64,000 nucleotides of DNA from Eledone cirrhosa (GCA_964016885.1 OZ024748.1:29016001-29080000), one strand, 5' to 3'; positions 11,691 through 26,046 are shown, counted from the first letter of the stretch. Notes: a model not told the origin generated them from the letters alone. Numbers and translations: made by a program.

Positions 11691-13924
11691 ATCATCATCA
11701 TTTTACGTCCGCTTTTCCCTGCTTGCAAGGGTGGGACGGGTCTTATTCAGCACAGCATCTCTCTACTCGTCACGGTCCCTCGTCATCTCCACCGTGAGCT
11801 TCAATGATCTGAGGTCTGTTCTCACCACCTCCGCCCATGTTTTTCGTGGTCTACCTCTACTACGTCTTCCTTCAACTGGCATTTCCTGGCACTTCTTCAC
11901 CCATCGGTCATCCTCCATGCGCATCACATGTCCATACCACCTCAGTCTCCTCTCCCGTACACTACATTCTATCCCTCTCAGACACAGTTTCTCTCTCAAC
12001 ACATTTATGCTGGGTCGTTCACGCACATTTACACTGCACATCCAACGGAGCATGCTTGCCTCATTTCTCTCCAGCCGTCGCATATCTTCTGCGGTAGCTG
12101 CCCATGTCTCACTACCATGCAGCATCGCGCTCCTCACACAGGCATCATACAACCGGCCTTTCGTACGCAGGGAGAAACCCTTCTTCGTCAACAGAGGAAG
12201 CAGCTCCCTAAACTTCTTCCAACCCGTCCTTATTCTAGATACTATGGCCTCGGAACACCCTCCTCCCATGCTAATCTGATCTCCTAGGTACCGGAAGCTA
12301 TCCACCACTTCTATAGCGCCCTCTCGCATTTGAAAAATGTGTCTATCAGTGCGACTTCTACTGTCTAATTTCCCTGTACATCTACTGCATACATATTTCT
12401 CCCTACCTGTTAGTTTGCCTGCTATCCCGCTACATCTCTTGTGTACCCAGGACCTACATTGTGTGCATTTTATAGAATTTATGCCAGTTCCTTTTCTGCA
12501 TATCGAACATGGCCATTTCCCTGACGGAATCAGGGTTTTGTCCTCTTTTCTACTCATCAGCACTTTTGTCTTAGCTAGATTTACTCTCAGTCCTCTTGCT
12601 TCCAACTGCTGTTTCCATAGCCGGAATTTATTCTCTAGCTCCTCTACTGATTCTGCCATAAGAGCCAGATCGTCAGCATAGAGAAGTTCCCATGGACAGC
12701 CAGTCTTAAACTCCTCTGTTATGGCTTGGAGGACTATAATGAACAAGAGCGGGCTGAGGACCGAACCCTGATGTACTCCTACTTGTATCTGGAATTCCTC
12801 ACTAAACTCCATTCCTACCCTGACTTTACTGAGAGTACCTCTGTACAAAGTTTGCACTGTCCTTACAAGCCATTCCTCAACACCCAGCTTCCTTAGGGAC
12901 CACCAGATGACAGATCGGAGTACCCTATCAAAGGCCTTCTCTAGGTCAACAAAGGCCAAGTATAGTGGCTTATTCTTCTCTAAGAACCTCTCTTGCATTT
13001 GTCTCACCAAGAAGAGGGCATCTGTTGTACTCTTCCCAGGCACAAAACCAAACTGCATCTCATCTAGTTTGACCCTTTCTCTAATTAGTTGTGCTAAAAT
13101 CCTTTCTGCCACTTTCATAACCTGATCTATCAGTTTTATACCCCTATAATTGCTCCTCTCCAAAGCATCCCCTTTACCTTTGTAGCAATTTATGAGAATA
13201 CTGCTGCACCAGTCTTTGGGTATGACACCACCATATATAGCCTGATTGATTATGCGTGCAACCAGTTTAGTGCCTACGTCCCCTGATGCCTTCAGCATCT
13301 CAGCAACTATTCCCGATGGTCCGGCCGCCTTACCATTTTTCATTTCCCTAATCGCCTCTTGGACCCTATATTCGTCAATCTCAATAGCTGGTCCCTCTGT
13401 CGGATCTACCAAGGGTAATTTCTCTCTCTCCCATTCGTTCTCCACATTCATCAGTCTCTCATAATGGCATTTCCAGGCCTCCTTTTTCTGGTCATTCGTG
13501 ACACTAAGTACACCGGCATCATCCCGGACACATTTATCACCAACAACATCCTGATTTGCATTGACACACTGCCTTGCAATGTGGAACACCGCACGCCTCT
13601 GATCTTCCCGTCGCAGAACATTGGCAAACCTCCTACTCTCTGCCTCCCTGCGTGCTAAGTACACCTGATGTCTAGCTTCTCTCTTAGTGGCTGTATATTC
13701 TTCCCTACTCCCACCCTTATTCCAAGCCTTCCATGCTAGTCTTTTGTCTCTAATAGCCTTATCTACACTGCTGTTCCACCACCAGGTCACTCTCTGTCTG
13801 GTTGGGGCTCTGCTCCAGCCACAAGTTTCATCAGTAGCCTTCAGCAAGTTGTCACGTAAGAACTTCCAGTTATTATCTATGTCATACGTCTCTAAATCGT
13901 CTTCTTTTTCGTCATATACATCTT
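11691..13924 (-). mobile_element. 5'-truncated RTE family C LINE (RT + PHD finger)
   Basis: ORF 11763-13847: [29 protein letters not shown]4HC3 finger. Premature TGG>TAG near the C-terminus. Confidence 0.93.
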
Positions 13925-13957
13925 GTATATATATATATGTATATATATATATGTATG

Positions 13958-14032
<75 letters not shown>

Positions 14033-14498
14033 ATATATATATGTATGTATATATATATATGTATGTATATATATATATATATATGTATGTATATATATAT
14101 ATATATATGTATGTATATATATATGTATGTATATATATATATATATATGTATGTGTATATATATATATATATGTATGTGTATATATATATATATATGTAT
14201 GTGTATATATATATATATATATATGTATGTGTATATATATATATATATGTATGTATATATATATATGTATGTGTATATATATATATATATGTATGTGTAT
14301 ATATATATATATATGTATGTATATATATATATATATGTATGTATATATATATATGTATGTATATATATATATATGTATGTATATATATATATGTATGTAT
14401 ATATATATATGTATGTATATATATATATATGTATGTATATATGTATATATATGTATGTATATATATATATGTATGTATATATGTATATATATGTATGT

Positions 14499-14532
<34 letters not shown>

Positions 14533-14545
14533 CTATATACTATAT

Positions 14546-14704
14546 CTAAGGAGGGTAAAATTCCCGAGATCCATGGACGAGTTCTCTCCAGCGGTCTCTG
14601 TCCCTCATTATCGCTGCCACGTCCTGCGTCTCCAACAGACCAGTGTCTGTCCTTAGGGCATCAACATATGTTAACCTTGGTCTTCCTCTTCTAGTGTGTC
14701 CATG
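14546..14704 (-). mobile_element. 3' fragment of another RTE-like LINE
   Basis: Translates [23 protein letters not shown]...[11 protein letters not shown]. Confidence 0.65.
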
Positions 14705-14841
14705 TATGTATATATATATGTATATGTATGTATATATATATATATGTATGTATATATATATATATGTATGTATGTATATATGTATGTATATGTATGTATA
14801 TATATATATATGTATGTATATATGTATGTATATATGTATGT

Positions 14842-16408
14842 CTCCCGTTCCATTATCTGGTGGGCTCTTAGAAAACTAGGTGTTGATGAATGGCTTGTGA
14901 GAGCTATACAAGCTATGTATAAAGAAACAGTCAGCAAGGTTACAATTAACAACGCATATAGTGAAGAGTTTAGCGTAAAAGTTGGTGTTCATCAGGGCTC
15001 CGTTCTTAGCCCCCTACTATTTATTATTGCCCTTCAGGCTATAACAGTGGAGTTCAAGACTGGCTGCCCATGGGAACTCCTATACACAAATGATCTAACG
15101 CTCATAGCTGAATCAATGGCCGAACTAGAGAAGAAATTCCAAAGATGGAAGCATGGCCTAGAATCAAAAGGCCTTAAAATTAACCTGTCTAAGACTAAAG
15201 TTCTAGTTTGTAGGAAGGAAAATAGGGCACCGGTCCCATCCGGGAAGTGGCCATGCTCAGTGTGTAGGAAAGGAGTAGGTAGAAACTCCATTTTATGTCC
15301 CAAATGCAAAGTATGGGTGCATAAAAGATGTAGTGGGATCACAGGTAAGCTAACTAAGAACATAGATTTTATATGTGGCCGGTGCTCTGGTGCAATAAGT
15401 AGCAGCAAGTATCCACAGAATACTAACTCATTCCATTGCACAGATGGTTCTATAGAAATAGTGGACACCTTCCGTTACTTGGGTGACAAAATCAGCAGTG
15501 GTGGAGGGTGCTCTGAAAGTACAGTAGCTAGAGTCAGAATTGGATGGAAAAAGTTCAGAGAGCTTATACTACTATTAGCCGCTAAAGGGTTCTCTCTAAA
15601 AATGAAAGGCAGGCTGTATGATGTCTGCATACGAACAGCAATGTTACATGGCAGTGAGACCTGGGCATTGTGTGCAGAGGATATACGCAGACTGGAGAGG
15701 AACGAAGCTTGCATGCTCCGCTGGATGTGTAATAGTAATATACGTGACGGCAAAGCATAAACGAACTAAGGGAAAAATTAGAAATAAGAGGGATCAGATG
15801 TTGTTTACTCGAGAGAAGACTACGTTGGTATGGTCACATGATGCGCATAAAAGACGACAGCTGTATAAAAAAGTGCAGGGCAATAAAAATATACGGTAGC
15901 CACGGAGTAGGCAGACCCAGAAAAACCTGGGACGACTTGATAAATTCCGACCTCACACACTTACACCTCTCCAGGACAATGTCACTGGACCGAGATGTTT
16001 GGCGCTACACAGTAATACAGAAGACCTGCCTTACGTAAGTACATAGTGAAACCTACTACAGTCAGTAGGCACCTCTAACAAAATACACCCCGTCCCACTA
16101 CCCCAACCCTATCCACACCACCCCTTTCAATGTAAAGTTATGTTGGTACCACAACATCCAGTCCAAAACAAATGAGGTCGTGTAGGTGTCACAACAAAAA
16201 ACAGACAGTCCACGCTGTAATGTGGCCGTGTAGGCAACACGGTAAAAACCTCCCAGTCCACACTGTAAATGTGGTTGGTGTTAGGAAGGGCATCCAGCCG
16301 TAGAAAACCCGCCAGACAGTCCTATGCGAGCAAGACAACCACTCTTGCCTCAAGTGGGAAAACTCCCATGCAAGCGTGGAAGATGGACGTTAAATGATGA
16401 TGATGATG
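14842..16408 (+). mobile_element. 5'-truncated, frameshifted RTE family A copy (YTND)
   Basis: RT C-half, PHD finger, frameshift near 15745, 3'UTR and (GAT)n tail. Confidence 0.92.
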
Positions 16409-16488
16409 TATATATGTATGTATATATATATGTATATATATATGTATGTATGTATATATATATATATGTATGTATATCTGTATGTATA

Positions 16489-17166
16489 TATATTCATTAG
16501 TTAAGCAAAACAAGACCACAACTTTCACAAGGAAGACATTATTAAAAGATTGTCAACATATTTTAGTTTGATGTAAGGAATGTAGAGAATAATAATAATA
16601 ATAATTATTATTATTATTATTAATATTACCTCTTCGGTGATGCCCTGATTAACTTTTTCAAATTTCATTTGAAAAGGAAAATCAGGGTAGGGAGGGAAGT
16701 GCTCTCTTCCCAGCATTTTGTTGAAAGATGGGTGAGAGTAGCAATTATGCCTACTCTGAGTATGTGTCTGTAAATTAAAGGTGGAAAACTGGGAGAGGGC
16801 ACTTGCCCTGGTGGTCAGGGTCACTGTGGTCTTTTAATTGGCTTTCACCACAAATGTCCCTTGGAAGTCTCCCCCCTATTGGGGTATTTTTCTTTGTTAT
16901 TTTATTACATCCTCTGTTTTTTTTACACGCAGAAATGCCCATTTGTACCGTCCTGTATTGTCCTGTACTGTCCTTAATGTCTACTTTATGTAAACCCTTG
17001 TGGTTAATAAAGAAGACAAAAAAAAAAGAAAACATTATTAATATTATTATTATTATTAATATTATTATTCTCTACATTCCTTACATCAAACTTAAATATG
17101 TTGACAATCTTTTCATAATGTCTTCCTTGTGAAATTTGTGGTCTTGTTTTGCTTAACTAATGAATA
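16489..17166. repeat. ~110-bp inverted repeat pair enclosing a LINE-like 3' end
   Basis: 16489-~16600 is the reverse complement of ~17060-17166. Interior 16629-17033 ends in AATAAA + A-rich tail, flanked by (AAT)n/(ATT)n. Confidence 0.8.
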
Positions 17167-17402
17167 TTTCCAGATCTGCGCATCTAATTTTTGCATGAAC
17201 CCAGCCATCTAGCTGCTTTCTACTGCATATTGCACATTAAGCACATGCCTTTACGCTTTGGCTTCTAACTAATTCACCAATCTCTCCTCTCATATCTCCT
17301 CTCCCATCTCCATCTCTCTCTTTAAGATTGGTTACTCTTGAACTGTGTATGTATATATATATATATATATATAGACATACATATATATATATATATATAC
17401 AT

Positions 17403-17605
<203 letters not shown>

Positions 17606-17618
17606 TACATATATATAG

Positions 17619-17662
<44 letters not shown>

Positions 17663-17664
<2 letters not shown>

Positions 17665-20600
17665 GAAAATGTAATTATAATATAACATTTTCTTCTTGTC
17701 TCCTAAACCTGGTTCATTCATCCATATATATCTACAATCGTTGCTTTCCTATAATTCCGTCTCACTGTTCTAAATAATCATCTCCACGCTTGTTCTAAAG
17801 AATCTTCTCTTTGCTCACTTGTTCTAAATAATCTTCACTTTGCTACCATTTTGGCCGAAAAAATTTTTTTCCAGGATTCATAAAAATAGATTCTCTCGCC
17901 CCTCAAAATCGCTATTACTCCCACTCTCTCTAACATATACATCCCTCTCGCTCTCTCACTCCCTAATATAAATAAGAATGTTACGAAGGACAAAACCTCA
18001 GAATTTGTCAACTCTTATTAAATGGTCAGTCGATTCTACGAAAATGTAATGTATAATATAACATTTTCTTCTTGTCTCCTAAACCTGGTTCATTCATCCA
18101 TATATATCTACAATCGTTGCTTTCCTATAATTCCGTCTCACTTTTCTAAATAATCTTCTCCACGCTTGTTCTAAAGAATCTTCTCTTTGCTAACTACCCC
18201 ATACCCCTCCCGCCCCCACTCTCCACCTTTACTATTTGGACCAATCACAAGTCAACGGCCTATGCTATCACTTCTGGCTGCTTTTCGATATGATGGATGG
18301 ACTAAGGAATTTCTGGAGAGTCTGAAGAATCTGGACACTCGATGACAATGTCAAAGATAACGACAAATTCACCTCATGCCGCGGATGGCCAACATAACCC
18401 CAAACTCATCCCCCTCGACCTTCCCTGCGCCCCATCCTCCAAACACAATCCAAAACTTCAGAGTTGGTACCATGAACGTAGGCACCTTAAAAGGCCGCTC
18501 TAACGAGGTTGTAGAATTGCTTGAACGTAAGGAGGTTGATGTTTGCTGTATCCAAGAGACCAGGTGGAGGGGCGGGTCTGCTAGATTCATTGTGGGTAAA
18601 AAACGTTGCTATAAGCTTTTCTGGGTGGGAAATGACAATGGGATAGGTGGGGTAGGAATCATGTTAGCAGAAAAATGGGTGGATAAGATAATAGATGTAA
18701 ATAGAGTGAATGACAGAATAATTAAAATAAGACTTGTTCTAAACAGAACTACTGTGACAGTAATATCTGCATACGCGCCCCAATCCGGACTGCCTGGCGC
18801 TATAAAAGACAGATTCTATGAGACACTGATGCTCACTACCTCCCAAATAACCGACAGTGACTATATAATTATTGCTGGTGACCTAAATGGCCACGTTGGA
18901 CAACATTGTGACGGCTATGATGGAATCCACGGAGGCTATGGGTTTGGTACTAGAAACGAGGAAGGCTCCAGAATCCTGGAATTCTGTGATGCAAATAACC
19001 TAACTATCTGTAACACTAACTTCAAAAAACGAGACAATCACTTGATCACCTACAGATCAGGGGAACATACCAGCCAGGTAGATTATATCCTTACCAGAAG
19101 ACGTGACAGAGTGTCTGTTGTAAACACTAAATCCCTCCCCCATGAAGAATGCACCTCCCAACATAGACTGATAATTAGCGACCTCATAGTCGGGACGAGA
19201 CGTACTAGACAGCAGAAGAGGACTATCCTCAGGAGAAAAATATGGAAGCTAAAGGATCCCACAGCCAGAAATAAATTTCAAAGCATATTACTTGACGCTT
19301 TCGACAGTAAGGAAGAGCAATTAGAGTCGTATAATGTAGAGGAACAGTGGGAATTCCTGAAAGCAAACCTGCTGATGGCGGCAGACGAAGTCTGTGGCTG
19401 GAGCAGGCCTGTAGGCAGAAGGAGAGTAACATGGTGGTGGAACAGTAAGGTGGAGGGGTCAATCAAGGCCAAAAAGCAGGCTTGGAAAGCATGGCGGGAT
19501 GGGGGAAGTAGAGAAGACTATCAAGTGGCCAGGAGGGAAGCTAGGAGACAAGTGTACTTCGCAAGAAGGGAAGCAGAGGAAAGAAAGTTCAAGCATGTTC
19601 TACAACGCGAGGACCAAAAACGTGAGGTGTTCAGGATTGCTAGGCAATGTGTCAAGGAAAGCCGTGATATTGTCGGGGAGAAGTGTGTACTTAACGATGA
19701 TGGCGTACTTGCCATCACTGACGCTGATAAGAAGGTAGCTTGGAAGTGTCACTACGAAAGGCTACTAAATGAGGAGGATAAATGGGAGAAAGACAGTCTC
19801 CCCCACATCGACCCAATAGAGGGACCAGCAGTGTTAGTCGAAGGTAGTATAATAAGTAAGGCAATCAAAGATATGAAGACGGGTAAGGCGGCTGGGCCTT
19901 CGGAAATAGTTGCTGAGATGCTGAAAGCCTCTGGAACACACCATGGTCACCCGGATAGTAAACCAAGTCATACAGAATGGGGTTGTTCCGAAGGACTGGC
20001 GTAGCAGCATCATCGTTAACTGTTACAAGGGTAAAGGAGACGCCCTAGATAGGAGTAACTATAGAGGCATTAAATTAATCGACCAGGTCATGAAGGTCAC
20101 GGAAAAAGTAATAGTGCAACTAATCAGAGAGAGAATTGATCTAGATGAAATGCAGTTCGGGTTTGTGTCAGGCAAGAGTACCACAGACGCTCTTTTCATT
20201 GTACGACAACTACAGGAGAAGTACCTAGCTAAAAGTAAACCCCTATACTTAGCTTTTGTCGACCTGGAGAAAGCCTTCGACAGAGTCCCCCGTTCCATTA
20301 TCTGGTGGGCTCTTAGAAAACTAGGTGTTGACGAATGGTTTGTGAGAGCTATACAAGCCATGTATAAAGAAACAGCCAGTAAGGCTAGAATTAACAACGA
20401 ATATAGCGAAGAGTTTAGCGTAAAAGTTGGTGTCCAACAGGGCTCTGTTCTTAGCCCCCTGCTATTTATTATTGCCCTTCAGGCTATAACAGAGGAGTTC
20501 AAGACCGGCTGCCCATGGGAACTCCTATACACAAATGATCTAACGCTCATAGCTGAATCAATGGCCGAGCTAGAGAAGAAATTCCAAACATGGAGGCACG

Positions 20601-21826
20601 GCCTAGAATCAAAAGGCCTTAAAATTAACCTGTCTAAGACTAAAGTTCTAGTTTGTAGGAAGGAAAATAGGGCACCGGTCCCATCCGGAAAATGGCCATG
20701 CTCAGTGTGTAGGAAAGGCGTAGGTAGAAACTCCATTTTATGTCCCAAATGCAAAGTATGGGTGCATAAAAGATGTAGTGGGATCACAGGTAAGCTAACT
20801 AAGAACATAGATTTTACATGTGGCCGGTGCTCTGGTACAATAAGTAGCAGCAAGTGCCCACTAAATACTAGCTCTTTCAATTGCGCAGAGGGTTCTATAG
20901 AAATAGTGGACAGCTTCCGTTACCTGGGTGACAAAATCAGCAGTGGGGGAGGGTGCTCTGAAAGTACAGTAGCTAGAGTCAGAACTGGATGGAAAAAGTT
21001 CAGAGAGCTTATACCACTATTAGCCGCTAAAGGGTTCTTCCTAAAAATGAAAGGCAGGTTGTATGATGCCTGCATACGAACAGCAATGTTGCATGGCAGT
21101 GAGACCTGGGCATTATGTGCAGAGGATATACGCAGACTAGAGAGGAACGAAGCTTGCATGCTCCGCTGGATGTGTAATAGTAATATACGTGAATGGCAAA
21201 GCATAAACGAACTAAGGAAAAAATTAGAAATAAGAGGCATCAGATGTTGTTTACTCGAGAGAAGGCTACGTTGGTATGGTCACGTGATGCGCATGAAAGA
21301 CGACAGCTGTATAACAAAGTGCAGGGCAATAAAGATAGATAGTAGCCACGGAGTAGGCAGACCCAGAAAAACCTGGGACGAGCTGATAAATTCCGACCTC
21401 ACACATTTACACCTCTCCAAGACAATGTCACTGGACCGAGACCTTTGGCGGTTCTCAGTAATAGAGAAGACCCGCCTTACCTAAATACAAAGTAAAACCT
21501 ACTACAGTCAGTAGGCATCTCTAACAAAATACATCCCCATCCCACCACCCCACCCCATCCACACCGCCCCCTTCAATGTAAAGTTATGTTGGTGCCACAA
21601 CATCCAAGCCGAAACAAATGAGATCGTGTAGGTGTCACGACAAAAAACACACAGTCCACGCTGTAATGTGGCCGTGTAGGCAACACGGTAAAAACCTCCC
21701 AGTCCCACACTGTAAATGTGGTTGGTGTTAGGAAGGGCATCCAGCTGTAGAAAACCCGCCAGACAGTCCTATGCGAGCAAGACAACCACTCTTGCCTCAA
21801 GTGGGAAAACTCCCGTCCAAACCCAG
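17663..21826 (+). mobile_element. Full-length but inactivated RTE family A LINE with tandem 5' unit
   Basis: ORFs 18376-20004 (APE) and 19943-21484 (RT, PHD) are split by an ~8-nt deletion near 19934. YADD>YTND. 5' direct repeat at 17663-17815 / 18038-18191. Confidence 0.93.
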
Positions 21827-22028
21827 GAAATGCCAGTTGAAGGAAGACGTGGTAGAGGTAGACCACGAAAAACATGGGCGGAGGTGGTGAGAACAGACCT
21901 CAGATCATTGAAGCTCACGGTGGAGATGACGAAGGACTGTGACGAGTGGAGAGATGCTGTGCTGAATAAGACCCGTCCCACCCTTGCAAGCAGGGAAAAG
22001 CGGACGTAAAATGATGATGATGATGATG
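21824..22028 (+). mobile_element. RTE family C 3' end fused to the family A 3'UTR
   Basis: [18 protein letters not shown]...SREKRT then (GAT)n. CCA microhomology at the junction. Confidence 0.85.
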
Positions 22029-22048
22029 CATGTATATGTTTGTATGTG

Positions 22049-22090
<42 letters not shown>

Positions 22091-22100
22091 TGTATGTATA

Positions 22101-22151
<51 letters not shown>

Positions 22152-22299
22152 GTATGTATATATATATGTATGTATATATATATGTATGTATATATATATG
22201 TATGTATATATATATGTATATATATATGTATGTATATATATATGTATGTATATATATATGTATGTATATATATATATGTATATGTATGTATATATATAT

Positions 22300-22333
<34 letters not shown>

Positions 22334-22581
22334 GTATATGTATGTATATATATATGTATATATATATGTATATGTATGTATATATATATATATATGTATA
22401 TGTATGTATATATATATATATGTATATGTGTATATATATATATATGTATATATGTATGTATATATGTATGTATGTATATATATATGTATGTATATATATA
22501 TATATGTATATGTATGTATATATATATATATATGTATATGTATGTATATATATATATATATGTATATGTATGTATATATAT

Positions 22582-22651
<70 letters not shown>

Positions 22652-22797
22652 GTATATGTATGTATATATATATATATATGTATATGTATGTATATATATA
22701 TATGTATATGTGTATATATATACATGTATATGTATATATGTATATGTATATATATATATGTATATGTATATATATATATATGTATATATATGTATAT

Positions 22798-22829
<32 letters not shown>

Positions 22830-22881
22830 GTATATGTATGTATATATGTATATGTATATATATATATATGTATATGTATAT

Positions 22882-22913
<32 letters not shown>

Positions 22914-23305
22914 GTATATATATATGTATGTATATATATATATGTATATGTATATATATATATATGTATGTATATATATATATATATATATGTATGTGTA
23001 TGTATATATATGTATATATATATCATAAATCATGTCCTTAGAATTCTTAGATAAAATATATACCATTTCTCTCCCAGTTAGCATAATTAACCTTATAAAA
23101 AATCAATTAGACCAGGCTATAAGAATAAAGGCTCCTATGAAGAAATTTTTGACAAATAACCGAAAGCGGCCTCTTCGCGGTGACCCCAATAGAGTATTTA
23201 TCCAACATTTCAACAGCATGTAGAAACTGACTAAATATACCGTCAACCATACACAATTAGGTGTAAATTCAAACTTAGAAGAAATGTGTACATACCGTAA
23301 TTATA

Positions 23306-23367
23306 TCTCTACCATGGTTTCGTCCGTATTTTTAGGATGTATCCAGAGTAACAGACTCATCAGGAGA
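23306..23367 (-). ncRNA. Type I hammerhead ribozyme in TA-flanked island 23023-23460
   Basis: UCUC-CUGAUGA-GUCUGU..ACGGAC-GAAA-CCAUGG-UA^GAGA. Confidence 0.8.
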
Positions 23368-23489
23368 AAACTCAAGATTGGACATTTAATTTTCAAAAAG
23401 TGATCGCGCCAAAATTAGATTAAAAAATGGCTAAGAATCGTGACGTGGCAGTGGTCAAGTATATATATATATATATATATATGTGTATG

Positions 23490-23538
<49 letters not shown>

Positions 23539-23668
23539 ATGTATATATATATATATGTGTATGTATATATATATATATATGTGTGTATGTATATATATAT
23601 ATATGTGTATGTATATATATATATATGTGTATGTATATATATATATGTATGTATATATATATGTATGT

Positions 23669-24743
23669 ACGAGAAAACAGAAACCAGATCCCCTCAGGGA
23701 AATGGCCTTGCTCAGTATGTAGGAAAGGTGTAGGTAGGAACTCCATTCTCTGCCCCAAATGCAAACAATGGGTACACAAGAGATGTAGCAGGATCTCAGG
23801 AAGCTTAATTAAGAATGTAGGATTCACATGCAGCAGCTGTGCTGAAACAGCAAGCAGCAAACAGCCACAGGAAACAAGTACCACCAATCTCTGGGAGGGC
23901 CCTGTAGAAACAGTAGACAGCTTCTGCTACCTAGGTGACCGAATTAGCAACGGAGGTGGGTGTTCAGAAAGTACAATAACTAGGGTAAGAACGGGATGGA
24001 AGAAGTTTAGGGAACTACTACCACTGCTAGCTGCAAAAGGCTTCTCCCTCAGAATGAAAGGCAGACTGTATGATGCGTGTATCCGAACAGCGATGTTGCA
24101 TGGTAGTGAGACCTGGGCGCTGAAGGTGGAAGACTTACGTAGATTAGAGAGAAACGAAGCCTGCATGCTCCGATGGATGTGTAACAGTAATATACGTGAA
24201 CGACAAAGCATAAATGAATTGAGAGAGAGACTGAGCATAAGAGGAATCAAATGCTGTGTGCAGGAGAGGCGGTTGCGCTGGTATGGACATGTGATGCGTA
24301 TGAAGGATGACAGCTGCATAAAAAGGTGCAGAGCACTAGAAAAAGCCGACCTTACCCAATTACACCTCTCAAAGACAATGACACACGACCGTGACTTCTG
24401 GCGTCACGCAGTAATACAGAGTACCCGACCTCCCATGGGTACATGCTGAAGCATATAAACAATATGCCCCCACACCCCCCACCGCAAGGTGGTCGTGGAG
24501 GCGCCACGGCAAAAAAGCACCCAGCCCACACTGTAAAGTGGACGTGTAGGCGCCACTAAAAAGCACCCAGCACTCACTGTAAATGAGGTTGGTGTTAGGA
24601 AGGGCATCCAGCTGTAGAAATCAAGCCAGATCAGTTCCTGTATGAGCAAGGCATGGTCAGCCGACCAGACACTGCACACAACAGGACAACCCGTCTAACC
24701 CATGCTAGCGTGGAAGAACGGACGTAAAACGGTGATGATGATG
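23669..24743 (+). mobile_element. 5'-truncated RTE family B LINE with internal deletion
   Basis: PHD finger to TRPPMGTC. Lacks the GRPK segment (deletion near 24341). Confidence 0.9.
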
Positions 24744-24798
24744 ATATATGTATGTTATGATGTACATATATGTATGTGTATGTATATATATGTATGTG

Positions 24799-24847
<49 letters not shown>

Positions 24848-25033
24848 GAATGTATATATATATATATGAATGTATATATATATATATATATGTATGTATA
24901 CATGGAAAGTTATATTTAAATTGTTGGGTTAACAACGAGTAAATATTTATAACTGATATAAAAGCACTCAACAAGTATTTGGAGTATATTTATGATATTA
25001 AATAAATGGAAACTATATTTATAAAACCATATT

Positions 25034-25099
25034 TATTTCGTTATATATATTTCAGGGATATCATATTAACAATATGTTATGCCATCTTCAGACAAAATA
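25034..25099 (-). ncRNA. Type I hammerhead ribozyme in TA-flanked island ~24900-25152
   Basis: UAUUUUGU-CUGAAGA-uGG..CAUAUU/AAUAUG..CCu-GAAA-UAUAUA-UA^ACGAAAUA, 8-bp stem I. Confidence 0.7.
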
Positions 25100-25158
25100 C
25101 AATATAAACAGTCTTATAAATAAATAGATACGACATACCTTTCAATCACCTATGTATG

Positions 25159-25189
<31 letters not shown>

Positions 25190-25214
25190 GTATGTATATA
25201 TATATATAGATATA

Positions 25215-25431
25215 TCATGTTTTTCATTTCATTTTACGTCCGCTTTTCCCTGCTTGCAAGGGTGGGACGGGAACTGATTCTGGCATGATTTCTACAGCTG
25301 GATGCTCTTCCTAACACCAACCTCATTTACAGTGAGTGTTGGGTGCTTTTATGCCGTGGCACCTCCACGACCACTTTGCAGTGGAATGAAAGAGACCCCA
25401 GTCCCTATCATCTCATTTCTATAGCTGAGTA

Positions 25432-25433
<2 letters not shown>
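25215..25433 (-). mobile_element. SINE fragment with RTE-derived 3' tail
   Basis: Homologous to 26801-27045. Tail resembles the RTE-B/C 3'UTRs. Confidence 0.7.
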
Positions 25434-25505
<72 letters not shown>

Positions 25506-25608
25506 GCCAGATTGTTGAACGTATATACTTAACTTATGCATATTAATGGCTGAGTAGCCCAATTTGCATAATATCGAGTGGGTTAATCGGCCGGGTGCAC
25601 CGAAAATG

Positions 25609-25850
25609 ATAAACGGAAAAAATGAAACGAAAATTCATTTCCCACTCTTAGTACGGCTGTTACTTAAATATAAGTATGTACACGTACATACATACGTACA
25701 TATATATATATATGTGTGCATGTATGTATATATATATACATACTACTGTACGTCTGTATACATATATGTATGTACGTGTACATACTTATATTTAAGTAAC
25801 AGCCGTACTAAGAGTGGGAAATGAAATTTCGTTTCATTTTTTCCGTTTAT
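25609..25850. repeat. 86-bp near-perfect inverted repeat (fold-back)
   Basis: 25609-25694 is the reverse complement of 25765-25850. Confidence 0.88.
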
Positions 25851-25997
25851 ATATATATATATATGTATGTATATATATATGTATGTATATATATATATAT
25901 GTATGTATATATATATGTATGTATATATATATGTATGTATATATATATATATGTATGTATATATATATATATATATGTATGTATATATATATGTATG

Positions 25998-26046
<49 letters not shown>

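Noticed and set aside
25525-25590. Hairpin resembling a twister ribozyme
   Set aside because: A stem is present, but conserved twister residues and pseudoknots could not be assigned.
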